Source: Candidatus Campbellbacteria bacterium GW2011_OD1_34_28 | GTDB taxonomy: Bacteria; Patescibacteriota; Minisyncoccia; Phycocordibacterales; UBA12079 | DNA: 64,000 nt | Assembly: GCA_001029775.1 (NCBI GenBank) | Contig: CP011215.1 | Span: 554,303 to 618,302, forward strand | Reading direction: 5' to 3' | In this document: positions 1 through 10,244 of the stretch, piece after piece | Layout of the letters: every line of letters starts with the position of its first letter | How positions within the stretch are numbered: position 1 is the stretch's first letter | Position numbers and translations under genes: made by a program | The notes under the pieces: model-generated | What the model was told of the DNA's origin: nothing | The model's input: only the letters and a program-made list of their open reading frames with translations | Database searches by the model: none

Positions 1-32
1 TTCTTTTGAACGAGATGATGTGTTGTAAATGT

Positions 33-947
33 TTATAGCCATTTTTTGTATTTAAAGAAAATAAAGAACGAGGTCGCTAATGCAAGCATTATTCCAATTA
101 CTATCCAAAAATCATTTTCTGTTCCGATTATTGGCATACTAGTAGCATTCATTCCAAAAATTGCCGCTACCAAAGAAAGCGGAAAAGTAACAAACGCCAT
201 AATGGTTAGTGTTTTTATTGTTTCGTTTTCTTTCGTTGAAAGCAAAGAATTATTTGTTTCTCTTAATTCGTTTAGAGATTCTTTGTTTACTTCAATATTG
301 TGTCTGATTCTTTTATATTCGCCCAATATTGTATCAATTTGTTTATAAAAATCTTTTCCAAACATTCCAGATCCAACCTCTTTCAAAGATTCCAGTGTTT
401 CTTTGTGAGGGTTAGTAGCTTGTTTAGCATTCAAAAGGTCTCTTCCTAAAAAAGAAAGTTCTTTGACCATATTTTTTTCGTCACCTTGAAAAATTCTTTC
501 CTCCACATTTTCTAAAGCGTCTTGAATATACTCCAATTCGTGATTGATAGACTTGTAAAGTTTTTTAACAAGCAGAAAGAAAACATGTTCTGCATTGTTG
601 TTTTTTTCTTTTTTTTCTAGTATCGAATTTACTTCAAATTCTTTTGAAAATTTATGAATTGGATCTATTGTGTCGTATCTTGATGTAATCAAAAAATCTT
701 TTCCAATAACAAAATCTACTTCTTGATTTTCTTCGTATGAATGAGTGTGTCTAAAAGCAGGGAAGTGAAGAATGAGATAAACAAAGTTTTTGTGCAACTC
801 CACCATTGGTTTGAATGTTGGTGTAATAAGGTCGTTTGCAACGCTGGGGTGAATATCAAATTCTTCCATTACCGTGCGAATTTCTTCGGGAGTAGGTTGG
901 AATAGATCAATCCATGTTGTTTCGTTAGAAGTATATCTTTTTAACAT
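33..947 (-). CDS. corA: CorA-family Mg2+/Co2+ transporter
   Basis: C-terminal two TM helices with the GMN signature (IFGMN). Confidence 0.9.
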   Translation of the reverse strand: MLKRYTSNETTWIDLFQPTPEEIRTVMEEFDIHPSVANDLITPTFKPMVELHKNFVYLILHFPAFRHTHSYEENQEVDFVIGKDFLITSRYDTIDPIHKFSKEFEVNSILEKKEKNNNAEHVFFLLVKKLYKSINHELEYIQDALENVEERIFQGDEKNMVKELSFLGRDLLNAKQATNPHKETLESLKEVGSGMFGKDFYKQIDTILGEYKRIRHNIEVNKESLNELRETNNSLLSTKENETIKTLTIMAFVTFPLSLVAAIFGMNATSMPIIGTENDFWIVIGIMLALATSFFIFFKYKKWL

Positions 948-1024
948 TTTGAGATTCTGCTTTGGGCAGTTTTATTATAAATAATACTTAAATTTTAACC
1001 TATATTTCATTTTTTTAAACCTAT

Positions 1025-1053
1025 TGACAAAGATATCGTTTTGTGAGATATTA
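1025..1053 (+). promoter_or_regulatory. sigma70-type promoter of a small cassette
   Basis: TTGACA at 1025, 17-nt spacer, -10-like ATATTA/TATTAT; SD GGAGG before ATG 1098. Confidence 0.6.
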
Positions 1054-1097
1054 TTAGACAGGATTTTTCACATTAATTCATTTTTACGGAGGTTCCC

Positions 1098-1322
1098 ATG
1101 AATACTTTTGAAAAGATGGTTTCGGTTGCGTGTATTTTTTTGTTCATCTTGACGATTGTCATGGTGAACAATGGTGTTCACAAGAACAACGAGGCCGTGG
1201 CGGACGAGTTGACTGGCTGTGCCTACTACGATTCGTCGGCGAAGGGCACGGGGTTTACCCAGTGCTCCAACAACAACCCCAGCCCGTCGCTGGTGGCGGG
1301 TGTGACAGGAGGTGTACGATGA
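1098..1322 (+). CDS. hypothetical small membrane-anchored protein (cassette cargo)
   Basis: 74-aa ORF with SD, N-terminal hydrophobic helix, higher GC than backbone. Confidence 0.65.
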   Translation: MNTFEKMVSVACIFLFILTIVMVNNGVHKNNEAVADELTGCAYYDSSAKGTGFTQCSNNNPSPSLVAGVTGGVR

Positions 1323-1483
1323 ACCGGAAACAGCGCAGGGCGATCGCCAAGACTGTCAACGTCTCCAACTCTATTCCCCGCGCCCCGTGGTATGTTCGCG
1401 GACCGGCACGACTGATGGTTGCTGTCGGAGCACTTAGCGGGCTGATCATGTTCTTTTATATTGCAGCAGAATTGCTCCCGTAG
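1319..1483 (+). CDS. hypothetical 54-aa protein, C-terminal TM
   Basis: ATGA overlap with upstream ORF; SD AGGAGGT at 1307; MNRKQRRA... Confidence 0.6.
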   Translation: MNRKQRRAIAKTVNVSNSIPRAPWYVRGPARLMVAVGALSGLIMFFYIAAELLP

Positions 1484-1497
1484 TGGGGCGAGAGCGA

Positions 1498-1541
1498 AGA
1501 GGGTGAGAAGTTTCTTTCAGAAACTTCTCACCCTCTTTTTT
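1498..1541 (+). terminator. intrinsic terminator
   Basis: AAGAGGGTGAGAAGTTTCT/AGAAACTTCTCACCCTCTT hairpin followed by T-run. Confidence 0.8.
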
Positions 1542-1696
1542 ATTTTTCACTATTTAATTTCTTATTTAACAATTAAGATATAAAAAAATTTTTGACTACA
1601 AATCATACGACCGGAAGTTTAAGATTGTTTGTTTGTTATTCTTTTGAATATATTGTTTATAAAAATATTATCTCTATGATATAATTCTTTGCATAT

Positions 1697-2914
1697 ATGA
1701 GTAAAAATTTATCATTGAAAAAAATTGTTCCAGTTATTGTTATCGTTTTTTTGATTACCTCAACTTTTGGTATTGGTTTTTATTTTGGGAAAAATCAAAA
1801 AAAAGGTGTCGAAGCCATAGATAATGTTATTAACAAAGAAGATACTTTGAATACAACAAAAGCCGACTTTAGTGATTTTTGGAGAGCGTGGAATATTTTG
1901 AATGAAAAATATGTTTCTCCTGACGAAATAACAGATCAAGACAAAGTATGGAGTGCTATTCAAGGGCTTGCTTCTTCATACAAAGACCCCTATACAGTTT
2001 TTATGCCACCTGCTGAAAGCGAGATGTTTAACGACGATATACAAGGTTCATTTAGTGGTGTTGGTATGGAAATCGGAATAAGAGACGGAATCATTACTGT
2101 TGTCTCTCCCTTAAAAAATACTCCCGCAGAAAAAGCTGGGATAAAACCAGGAGACAAAATTATAAAAATTGACGAAGAAATAACCTCAAATTTTAATACA
2201 GACCAAGCGGTAAAACTTATTAGAGGAGAAAAGGGAACTGCCGTTAAACTGACAATTTCAAGAGAGGGAGTTGCTGATCTGATAGAGATTTCAGTTATTA
2301 GAGACAATATAAATATTCCAACTATTGATACAGAAAAAAGAGGAGATGTTTTTATAATCAGTTTATACAATTTTTCTGCCACATCACCAAATTTGTTTAA
2401 AGATGCTTTGAGAGAATTCGTAGAATCAAAAACAAATAAATTGGTTTTGGATCTGAGAGGAAACCCAGGAGGATATCTAGAGGCTTCGGTAGATATGGCA
2501 AGTTGGTTTTTACCAGCAGGTAAAGTAATCGTGACAGAAGATTACGGTGCCAATGAAGAAGACAAGGTCCATAGAAGCAAAGGATATAATATCTTTAATA
2601 ATAATCTTAAATTTGTTATACTGGTCAACGGCGGTTCGGCCTCTGCATCTGAAATATTAGCGGGTGCATTAAAAGAACATGGAATTGCTAAAATTGTAGG
2701 AACGAAGACTTTTGGGAAAGGTTCTGTTCAAGAATTGATCAATTTGACACCTGATACATCTTTAAAGATAACAGTGGCAAAATGGCTTACTCCAAATGGA
2801 AACTCAATCTCAAATAATGGTTTAGAGCCAGATGTAAATGTCGAGATTACTCAAGAACAGTTTGAAGATGGTTTGGATCCTCAGTTGGATAAGGCAATAG
2901 AATTACTAAGATAA
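1697..2914 (+). CDS. ctpA: S41 carboxy-terminal processing protease (PDZ)
   Basis: DPYT, GVGMEI PDZ, DLRGNPGG, SASASE, TFGKGSVQ motifs. Confidence 0.92.
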   Translation: MSKNLSLKKIVPVIVIVFLITSTFGIGFYFGKNQKKGVEAIDNVINKEDTLNTTKADFSDFWRAWNILNEKYVSPDEITDQDKVWSAIQGLASSYKDPYTVFMPPAESEMFNDDIQGSFSGVGMEIGIRDGIITVVSPLKNTPAEKAGIKPGDKIIKIDEEITSNFNTDQAVKLIRGEKGTAVKLTISREGVADLIEISVIRDNINIPTIDTEKRGDVFIISLYNFSATSPNLFKDALREFVESKTNKLVLDLRGNPGGYLEASVDMASWFLPAGKVIVTEDYGANEEDKVHRSKGYNIFNNNLKFVILVNGGSASASEILAGALKEHGIAKIVGTKTFGKGSVQELINLTPDTSLKITVAKWLTPNGNSISNNGLEPDVNVEITQEQFEDGLDPQLDKAIELLR

Positions 2915-2928
2915 ATTACTAAAACACT

Positions 2929-3375
2929 ATGAAAGTTATATTATTGCAAAATGTTGCAAAGACAGGTAGAAAATATGAAGTAAAAGATGTTTCCGATGGG
3001 TATGCTTTGAATTTTTTAATTCCAAACAAATTGGCAAAAGTCGCAACGGTTAATGCTTTGAGAGAATTGGAATCAGAAAGATTGCAACATGAACAAAATC
3101 AAAAAACCAAAGAGGTAGACTTGATTGAAAGTATTGAAAAATTGAAAGACTCAAGAGTGAGTATTTCAGCAAAGATTAATGATGAGGGAAAATTGTTTGC
3201 TGGAATTGATAAAGGCGATATTATAGATGCAATCAAAGATCAAAAAGCGCTCGAGATAAATCCTGACAATCTTGTTTTGGATAAACCTATAAAAGAAGCA
3301 TCGGAACACAAGATAACCATAAAGGTTGGGAAAAAATCAGCCGAATTTATTTTGGATATTGTGCCCAGAGATTAA
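2929..3375 (+). CDS. rplI: 50S ribosomal protein L9
   Basis: MKVILL...VSDGYALNFLIP, GKLFAGI. Confidence 0.95.
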   Translation: MKVILLQNVAKTGRKYEVKDVSDGYALNFLIPNKLAKVATVNALRELESERLQHEQNQKTKEVDLIESIEKLKDSRVSISAKINDEGKLFAGIDKGDIIDAIKDQKALEINPDNLVLDKPIKEASEHKITIKVGKKSAEFILDIVPRD

Positions 3376-3384
3376 ATATATAAA

Positions 3385-3420
3385 AATAAAAGTCCTCGCA
3401 ATTGCGAGGACTTTTATTTT
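3385..3420. terminator. bidirectional terminator between rplI and rpmA
   Basis: AAATAAAAGTCCTCGCAA/TTGCGAGGACTTTTATTT palindrome. Confidence 0.75.
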
Positions 3421-3692
3421 TAGATGATGTTTACAACTTTTCTTTGTTTTTTTGTTCCGTCAAAATTTTCTTTTCTCTTTGATGTAAATTTTACTTTTCC
3501 TTCTTTAAGAGCAAACAGTGTGTGATCTTTTCCTACTCCTACATTTTTTCCTGCCAATATTTTTGTTCCTCTTTGGCGAACCAAAATAGAACCTGTTTTT
3601 GCAGCTTCTCCGTCGTAAAGTTTTGTTCCTAGATATTTAGGATTTGAATCTGTTAGATTTTTTGCCGATCCTCCGGCTTTCTTATGTGCCAT
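3420..3692 (-). CDS. rpmA: 50S ribosomal protein L27
   Basis: [24 protein letters not shown]. Confidence 0.97.
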   Translation of the reverse strand: MAHKKAGGSAKNLTDSNPKYLGTKLYDGEAAKTGSILVRQRGTKILAGKNVGVGKDHTLFALKEGKVKFTSKRKENFDGTKKQRKVVNII

Positions 3693-3748
3693 AGTGTTAG
3701 TTTATAGTTATTAGTTTTTAGTTGTTAGTACTGTATAATAAATACAAT

Positions 3749-4108
3749 ATGAGAGAAAGTATAAGACATTTGGTTAATAAAATCAAGTTAATAAGGGACT
3801 TTATTAACAAGGATGATGTTTTTGTGGTTTTGATAATAATTTTTGCTACATCGGCCTCCTTTGGATTAGGCAGAATATCTTCATTTGAAGAAAATAAAGA
3901 TCCTTTGCAGATTGCATCTGCTAATTTGGTACCTGAAAATTATGAGATAAAAGGGAACTATGTGGCGTCAAAAAATGGTACAAAATATCACCTCCCGTGG
4001 TGTTCTGGAGCTCAAACAATAAATGATGCTAATAAAATTTGGTTTGATACAAAAGATGAGGCAGAAAGTAGGGGATATACACCAGCTAAAAATTGTAAGG
4101 GACTATAG
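3749..4108 (+). CDS. membrane protein with Ada-like metal-binding domain
   Basis: VASKNGTKYHLPWC...EAESRGYTPAKNC; start moved to ATG 3749 after TATAAT. Confidence 0.75.
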   Translation: MRESIRHLVNKIKLIRDFINKDDVFVVLIIIFATSASFGLGRISSFEENKDPLQIASANLVPENYEIKGNYVASKNGTKYHLPWCSGAQTINDANKIWFDTKDEAESRGYTPAKNCKGL

Positions 4109-4286
4109 TCCCTTACAATTTTTAGCTAAAATTATAAATTATAATTTTAGCTGAAATTATAAATTATAAATTTTTAAACAAACAAATTTCTTGAAATAAA
4201 CATCTTGACAGTTGACAAAGATTTGTTTTGTGGTAATATTTTATCTAGAAACTTTCTCTTTTTAATCTTTTTGAACAGGAGGTGTT

Positions 4287-4853
4287 ATGGCACAGCGTCT
4301 GGTTGCACTTACTGAACTCGGTCAGATTCTCAATCCGCTTTACGATAGCGTCACCCCGAGGATGATGGCATCGGATGATGGGGAGCTCGGTTTTACCGAG
4401 GAGGATTTCCCTGGGCGTCGGGCGGATATGTACATCGTTTGCCACCCCGACAATTCACCGTCAGGATGTTCCGGAGATTTTTTCTCGGCAGATATCCAGC
4501 ATGATATTTTCCCAGACGGGTTCGAGGACGATGGCGAGCTTATTTTTGCCAACGACGAGCACATCTTTCCCGACGAGCAGGCAATGTGTGATCCGGCTTA
4601 CGCCGAGGCGTGGACGCAGTTTGTTGCCGAAAAAGGTGTCAGCTTCACCAATCGGTGGATGAGGACGGAGGACAATGAGACTACCGCCAAATCCCCGACG
4701 AGCCAGCGTCAGCAGGAAAAGATTCTGATTCCGCCGGATTCCGAAAGGTCCTGTCGGAGTCACGGTCGTCGCGGTCGTCGGCACGTCCCGACGATTCCCG
4801 AAAGGATTCGTCACCACAACAAGACGCTTAGCGTCTTGGCACCAGCGGAGTAG
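4287..4853 (+). CDS. hypothetical acidic protein (GC-rich cassette cargo)
   Basis: TTGACA promoter ~4212, SD AGGAGGT 4277, terminator 4865-4892. Confidence 0.65.
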   Translation: MAQRLVALTELGQILNPLYDSVTPRMMASDDGELGFTEEDFPGRRADMYIVCHPDNSPSGCSGDFFSADIQHDIFPDGFEDDGELIFANDEHIFPDEQAMCDPAYAEAWTQFVAEKGVSFTNRWMRTEDNETTAKSPTSQRQQEKILIPPDSERSCRSHGRRGRRHVPTIPERIRHHNKTLSVLAPAE

Positions 4854-4960
4854 CAAACTCCGCAAAAGAGGCCCCGTAAGGCCTCTTTTTTATTTTCTCT
4901 CTTGCTACGAAAGCTATTTTTGTGGTAGAGTAAAAATGTTAGAAAATAACTTTAAATACT

Positions 4961-5158
4961 ATGAACAAGATTAAAAAAATGCATCTGTCAAAAACAGACA
5001 AGAAAATAGGCGGAGTTTGTGGTGGAATAGGGGAGACTTTTGAAATTGATTCAACAATAATAAGATTAATTTTTATTTTCCTCGCTTTGGTAACAGAAAT
5101 TATTCCTGCTATCATCATCTACATATTGGCTTGGCTTATTATTCCTAGCAAAATATAA
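4961..5158 (+). CDS. PspC domain protein
   Basis: DKKIGGVCGGIG...IRL...YILAWLIIP. Confidence 0.9.
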   Translation: MNKIKKMHLSKTDKKIGGVCGGIGETFEIDSTIIRLIFIFLALVTEIIPAIIIYILAWLIIPSKI

Positions 5159-5261
5159 ATTAAAAAAATAAGAGCAAAAATTTGCTCTTATTTTTTTTAT
5201 CCTTATAATTGTTTGTAGAGAAGTAATTCACTAAATAAAAATCAGAAAAGGGACATTTATT

Positions 5262-5537
5262 ATGAGCATGGGAAATATTTTCTTTTTGTTTGTTGCAATC
5301 CAAGATAAAAATCTACTTCCCAAAGTAATGGAAGAAGTAAGCGATTGGGGAGGAGTTAGGGTTGTTGAAACTCACAGACTCGCGGATACAATTATCACTG
5401 ATAACATTAAAAATGACTGGTTTGTGACTCAGGGGGTTAAACAAGTTGTTTTAGTAAATATTCCAGAAGAAGAATATAAAAAGACGGTTAATAAGTGGTC
5501 CCAATGGACTAATATTCATTCTTTAAATTTTATTTAA
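5262..5537 (+). CDS. hypothetical protein (cassette-like)
   Basis: 91-aa ORF followed directly by hairpin AAGAAGTGCC/GGCACTTCTT. Confidence 0.5.
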   Translation: MSMGNIFFLFVAIQDKNLLPKVMEEVSDWGGVRVVETHRLADTIITDNIKNDWFVTQGVKQVVLVNIPEEEYKKTVNKWSQWTNIHSLNFI

Positions 5538-5602
5538 GAAGTGCCTGAAAAGGCACTTCTTTTTATATTTTTTTAAATGGAAATGATATAATAGTTTTTA
5601 AT

Positions 5603-6190
5603 ATGAAAGATTTGCAAAATATTTTAAAATTTACAAAATTACTTAATGAATTTCGTAAAATTGAAAGAATGAACCTTTCAAGCAGGGGAGATAGAAAAGA
5701 AAATGATGCTGAACATAGTTATCAACTAGCTATGCTTGGTTGGTATATTTCAACAACACAAAAAATGGATTTAGATTTTAACTTGGTTATTAAATATTCT
5801 TTGATTCATGATTTGGTCGAAATTTATGCAGGGGATACCTATGTTTACACCAAAAATATTGATCTTAAAAACAGTCAAAAAGAAAGAGAATTTTCATCTT
5901 TAGAAAGATTAAAATCTGAATTTGGAGAAATCTCGGATATTTTTGACCTTATAGAGGAATATGAGAAAAGAGAAAATAAGGAATCGAAATTTGTGTATGC
6001 GTTAGATAAGGTTGAACCAATGATAAGTAATTATCTTCACAGAGGTAAGGTTTGGAAAGAAAATAATATTAAACTGGAAAATATAATAAATCATAAAATA
6101 AATAAAGTAAGTGAGGATAAAGAAGTAGAAAGGATCTTTAAAAAATTGATTGAGCTTATGAGGAAAGAGGAAAAAGATTTGTTTAATTAA
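5603..6190 (+). CDS. HD-domain phosphohydrolase (HD_3/YfbR-like)
   Basis: ENDAEHSY, IHDLVEIYAGD, ALDK. Confidence 0.88.
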   Translation: MKDLQNILKFTKLLNEFRKIERMNLSSRGDRKENDAEHSYQLAMLGWYISTTQKMDLDFNLVIKYSLIHDLVEIYAGDTYVYTKNIDLKNSQKEREFSSLERLKSEFGEISDIFDLIEEYEKRENKESKFVYALDKVEPMISNYLHRGKVWKENNIKLENIINHKINKVSEDKEVERIFKKLIELMRKEEKDLFN

Positions 6191-6352
6191 ATAGAGGTAT
6201 GCTGGTACCTCTATTTGTAGGGAGAAGGCCTAAAAGGCCCTGTTTATTTATTATTGCAGTGTCGCACAATATACCTTTTGCGACATTGAATAATCAAAAT
6301 AAAGCCCCCTCTTTATATATTTATAGTGTTCGAGAGGAGGCTTTTTATTGTA

Positions 6353-6697
6353 TTAGTTAACTAAATCAAAAAATATTTCTGCTTCTTCCTTTTGTGAAAT
6401 ACTTGAGAAAAGATAAGCTTGTTTATTTTTCATTGCTGTATCTATTTTATTGTATTTTTCTGTTCCTTCACAATATTTTAATACTTCAACAAAACTAAAA
6501 TCTTTTTCCAAGTACTGAATATACAAATTGGTCGAGTTTCTACTTTTTGCTTCAAAAACGTCCACAGTTGAGTCAATTTTGACCACAAGGATATAACAGC
6601 CGTTCTTTGAGTAGTTTGCTAACGCTTTTTCCTGATTGATAGTTAGAAATGTAATAAATACTAAACCTAAAAAGATTGCTACATTTTTCATCTGCAT
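6353..6697 (-). CDS. hypothetical secreted protein (cassette cargo)
   Basis: signal-like N-terminus, SD GAGGG, downstream hairpins. Confidence 0.6.
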   Translation of the reverse strand: MQMKNVAIFLGLVFITFLTINQEKALANYSKNGCYILVVKIDSTVDVFEAKSRNSTNLYIQYLEKDFSFVEVLKYCEGTEKYNKIDTAMKNKQAYLFSSISQKEEAEIFFDLVN

Positions 6698-6869
6698 TTC
6701 CCTCTTTCAAAATTTTAAAATAGATATAAGGCAAATTTCTAAAGTTTACATTAGCATCTTTTGTTTAAAAAAGAAACAGTTTTAATTTTTTAAGAACCAA
6801 CAGTCAAAAACCACAAAATTATGACAAAGATAGATAATATTATAACTAGTAGATGATCCCACATATTAT

Positions 6870-7178
6870 TTATTGAATATTTACACTAGGAGCCATTTCT
6901 TGAATTGTTGTTGGATCCCCTGCTTTTATTCTTTCCATATTTTCAACAAAGCTACTCCAAAGCAAATCTATAAAAATATCATTCCAAAAATATAATACAG
7001 GGCCGGCTAGATATGTATTCCAGAAATTGGTGACCAACCCCCAAGCATAACCCAGGTTTTCTTGTGTCTGCGGTGCCTCTACAATACCTCTCAAATTGAA
7101 TCCAAAGTAACTTAATATAATAATACCGATTATAATAACCAAGACTAATTGCAAAAATCCAGAATTTTTATTTATCAT
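6870..7178 (-). CDS. hypothetical membrane protein with pilin-like N-terminus
   Basis: basic-G|F-hydrophobic N-terminus (KNSGFLQLVLVII). Confidence 0.65.
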   Translation of the reverse strand: MINKNSGFLQLVLVIIIGIIILSYFGFNLRGIVEAPQTQENLGYAWGLVTNFWNTYLAGPVLYFWNDIFIDLLWSSFVENMERIKAGDPTTIQEMAPSVNIQ

Positions 7179-7240
7179 AAATTAAATTATACTATTAAAA
7201 ATAAACTTTAAAAACAAGATTATTAACAGCAATCTTTGGT

Positions 7241-8536
7241 TTAGTATTTTGGTAGATAAGACATTGGATTTAAGTAAGCATCGCGAGAAGCCAAAGGAAT
7301 ATATTTGTCTTTGCAATTTATACTATTTTCAAATTTTGTAATCTGAACTCCTTTGCTAGCATAAACACCAAAGTGAAGATGCGGTCCTGTTGAATATCCT
7401 GTGTTACCGCTGTAACCGATTATGTCGCCGGCGTTAACACTTTGACCAGGATTTACTTTTATTAAAGAAAGGTGGGCATACAAAGTAGATAATCCATTTG
7501 GGTGCTCTACAAGAACCCATTTTCCATAGGAATAACACTTTGGAGGTACAGAATCTGTATTTCCTGTTCCTTTGACGACACCCTCCATGGCAGAGAGTAC
7601 TTTTGTACCAGAAGATGCTCTAAAATCGATTCCAGGGTGTCCGTTTCCGTTATAAACCTGAGGATTGCTAGTAGAAAAAGGAGTATTCCCAAAAAATTGA
7701 GTTATATAAATACTCTCTAACGGCCAACCCAAAATACCATAATTTGCATCTGGAAGACTGGTCGGGTCAATTTCTATTTTTAGTTGTGATTCCAATCTTT
7801 GGATTTCTTGAAGCACCTCTTCCATCAATTTCTTTTTTTCTTCCAATTGTTTTTTATAAAGAGATTCTTTATTTGCTGTAACCGAAAGAAGCTGGTCTTT
7901 TTCTTTTTTATTATAATCAATGATTTGTTTTTGATCGGCCAGCTGAGATTTATAATTTAATAATTCCCTTTCTTTCATTTCAGATTCTGTTTTAACTGTC
8001 TCCAGACTGCTTTTCAGCGTTACTAATTCATTAGTCTTTCTCCTTATGTCCATTTGTAATCTTTGGAGGCTGTCAAAGTCATCCCAAAATTCAGAAAGGT
8101 CTCTTTGAGAAAGCAAAATCTCAATAAGAGAGTTTGAGTCTTGTTCGTTTATTATTTTTACTATTTCGCCAAGCGCAGTATTGTTTTGATTAATTAATCT
8201 TTCTTTATCTCCAATATCAACTGACAATTTTTGAACAGTTAATCCTGTTGATTGAATTTTGTTGTCTGTTAGATTTATATCGGTAGATAGTTTTTTCCTA
8301 TCCAAGTTTAAGCGGTATATTTCGTTGTTTAGAGATTTTTTTTCTTCACTAACTTTATTTAATTCCTCTTGGTATTTTTTTATTTCTTTTTCCAAGTCTC
8401 CTATGCTAGATGATTTGGATTGAATTTGGTTTTTTATGTCGTCAATTATGGAAGCATTTATAAAGGACGGCTTTAACAAGCCTAACGAAAGTATTATAAA
8501 AAATAATATTAATAGTCTAAATTTGTCTTGAAACAT
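7241..8536 (-). CDS. coiled-coil + M23 peptidase (EnvC-like murein hydrolase)
   Basis: long coiled coil; HPGIDF, LYAHL, STGPHLHF. Confidence 0.9.
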   Translation of the reverse strand: MFQDKFRLLILFFIILSLGLLKPSFINASIIDDIKNQIQSKSSSIGDLEKEIKKYQEELNKVSEEKKSLNNEIYRLNLDRKKLSTDINLTDNKIQSTGLTVQKLSVDIGDKERLINQNNTALGEIVKIINEQDSNSLIEILLSQRDLSEFWDDFDSLQRLQMDIRRKTNELVTLKSSLETVKTESEMKERELLNYKSQLADQKQIIDYNKKEKDQLLSVTANKESLYKKQLEEKKKLMEEVLQEIQRLESQLKIEIDPTSLPDANYGILGWPLESIYITQFFGNTPFSTSNPQVYNGNGHPGIDFRASSGTKVLSAMEGVVKGTGNTDSVPPKCYSYGKWVLVEHPNGLSTLYAHLSLIKVNPGQSVNAGDIIGYSGNTGYSTGPHLHFGVYASKGVQITKFENSINCKDKYIPLASRDAYLNPMSYLPKY

Positions 8537-8537
8537 T

Positions 8538-9887
8538 TTATTTTAATTTATCTAAAGCTATTTTTAATCTTTCAATTGTTTTTTGTTTTCCCAAAATCTC
8601 CGACAATGTAAAAGGATCTGGCGACTTATCTTTTCCTGACAATGCAAATCTCATTGGCCAAAGGACATTTCCCCTACCCTTTTCTGTTGCATAATCCCAA
8701 AGAGATGTTTTTATCTCATCAGACTGAAAATTATCAATATTGTCAATAATTGAGATAATCTTGTTTAAATGTCCAATAGTTTCTTGTTTTTGGGCATCTT
8801 TCCAGAGTAAATTTTCTCCGTTATATTCTGGATTTTTAAAATAATATTCCAATTCCCCACCCTCAAACATTTCTTTCAAATCTGAAAATTTATTTATTCT
8901 TTCTTTTATAACGGGTAACATTTTTGTCAGAATTTCATCAGAATATTCTCTCATATCTTTTAATTTTTCAGGTAAAAATTCTAAAACTTTTTCTCTAAAA
9001 GATTGTTCCGACATTTTTTTGATATATTCTTTGTTAAACCAGTCCAATTTAACAAGGTCAAAAATTGCACCTCCTTTTTGTATTTTTGTTAAATCAAATT
9101 CCTCGATTAGTTCTCCAAGAGAAAAAATTTCTTTGTCTGTTCCAGGGTTCCACCCTAAAAGCATCAAATAGTTTATCATTGCTTCTGGCAAGTATCCCAT
9201 CTTTCTGTATTCACGAATAGAAACAGCTCCGTGTCTTTTTGAAAGTTTTGACCGATCTGGTGCCAAGCTAAAAGGCATGTGAGTATAAAATGGTCTTGGC
9301 GCATTGATTGCTTCTTGTATAAGAATTTGTCTTGGGGTATTTGATATTCCGTCTTCTCCTCGGATTATATGCGTCACACCCATTTCATAGTCATCAACAA
9401 CAACCGCTAGATGGTAAAGCGGTTCGGTTAAACTTTTTGCAATTACAAAGTCTCCTAGTTCGGTTGTATCAAATTCTATATCTCCTCTAACTGTATCTTT
9501 GAAGATAACTTTTTTATTTGGATTTTTAAATCTTATAACTTCTGTTCTATCACCTTCTTTTTCGGCAATTTCTTTTGATACATAGGCTGTACCATCGGCA
9601 ATCATTTTTTCCAAATATTTTCTATAAGTTTCTCCCCTCTCGGACTGTCTTACAATTTTTGTTTTGTCTATTTCTATTCCCAACCATTCCAAACTTTCCA
9701 ATATTTCATCTTCAAATTCTTTTTTAGATCTTTCTCTGTCTGTATCTTCTGATCTAAAGAGCATTTCACCTCCATTTTGTTTTGCGTAAATATAATTAAA
9801 CAAAGCTGTTCTGGCGCTTCCTACATGGAGATATCCTGTTGGCGACGGTGGAAAACGGGTTATTATTTTTTTGGTTTGTTCTGTCAT
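8538..9887 (-). CDS. gltX: glutamate--tRNA ligase
   Basis: RFPPSPTGYLHVG, KLSKR. Confidence 0.95.
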   Translation of the reverse strand: MTEQTKKIITRFPPSPTGYLHVGSARTALFNYIYAKQNGGEMLFRSEDTDRERSKKEFEDEILESLEWLGIEIDKTKIVRQSERGETYRKYLEKMIADGTAYVSKEIAEKEGDRTEVIRFKNPNKKVIFKDTVRGDIEFDTTELGDFVIAKSLTEPLYHLAVVVDDYEMGVTHIIRGEDGISNTPRQILIQEAINAPRPFYTHMPFSLAPDRSKLSKRHGAVSIREYRKMGYLPEAMINYLMLLGWNPGTDKEIFSLGELIEEFDLTKIQKGGAIFDLVKLDWFNKEYIKKMSEQSFREKVLEFLPEKLKDMREYSDEILTKMLPVIKERINKFSDLKEMFEGGELEYYFKNPEYNGENLLWKDAQKQETIGHLNKIISIIDNIDNFQSDEIKTSLWDYATEKGRGNVLWPMRFALSGKDKSPDPFTLSEILGKQKTIERLKIALDKLK

Positions 9888-9942
9888 GTTTCGTATATAT
9901 AATAACAATTTTATAGCTTAATTTAAAGCCTGAGATTTTTTG

Positions 9943-10236
9943 CTATTTATTGAATAATTTTATTGCTTCGTCAAAAGAGTCTCCTTTTATCAGTTTGTTT
10001 CTTCTTTCGTGCCCACACTTTTCACATTTTTGAACAACATAAAATAAGTCGGATTTTTTATCTAATCCTGTTGGTTTCATCATTCCTCCACAGTCGGCCA
10101 ATCTATCTCCTGGATTTATATCAACATGTTTGGACCAAAGGCATTTTGGACAGTGGTTTGTGTATCCATCTCCGATTACTTCTGTTCCGCAATTTTCACA
10201 AACAAAATCTTCTATTGTTCTTGTAAATTTTTTCAT
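9943..10236 (-). CDS. RNHCP domain protein
   Basis: CENCG, TNHCPKCLWSKHVD, PGDR, CGGMM. Confidence 0.88.
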   Translation of the reverse strand: MKKFTRTIEDFVCENCGTEVIGDGYTNHCPKCLWSKHVDINPGDRLADCGGMMKPTGLDKKSDLFYVVQKCEKCGHERRNKLIKGDSFDEAIKLFNK

Positions 10237-10244
10237 CGGTATAT

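Noticed and set aside
6190-6350. Riboswitch or ncRNA in a hairpin cluster
   Set aside because: Lies between convergent genes and is explainable as terminators; no recognisable motif.
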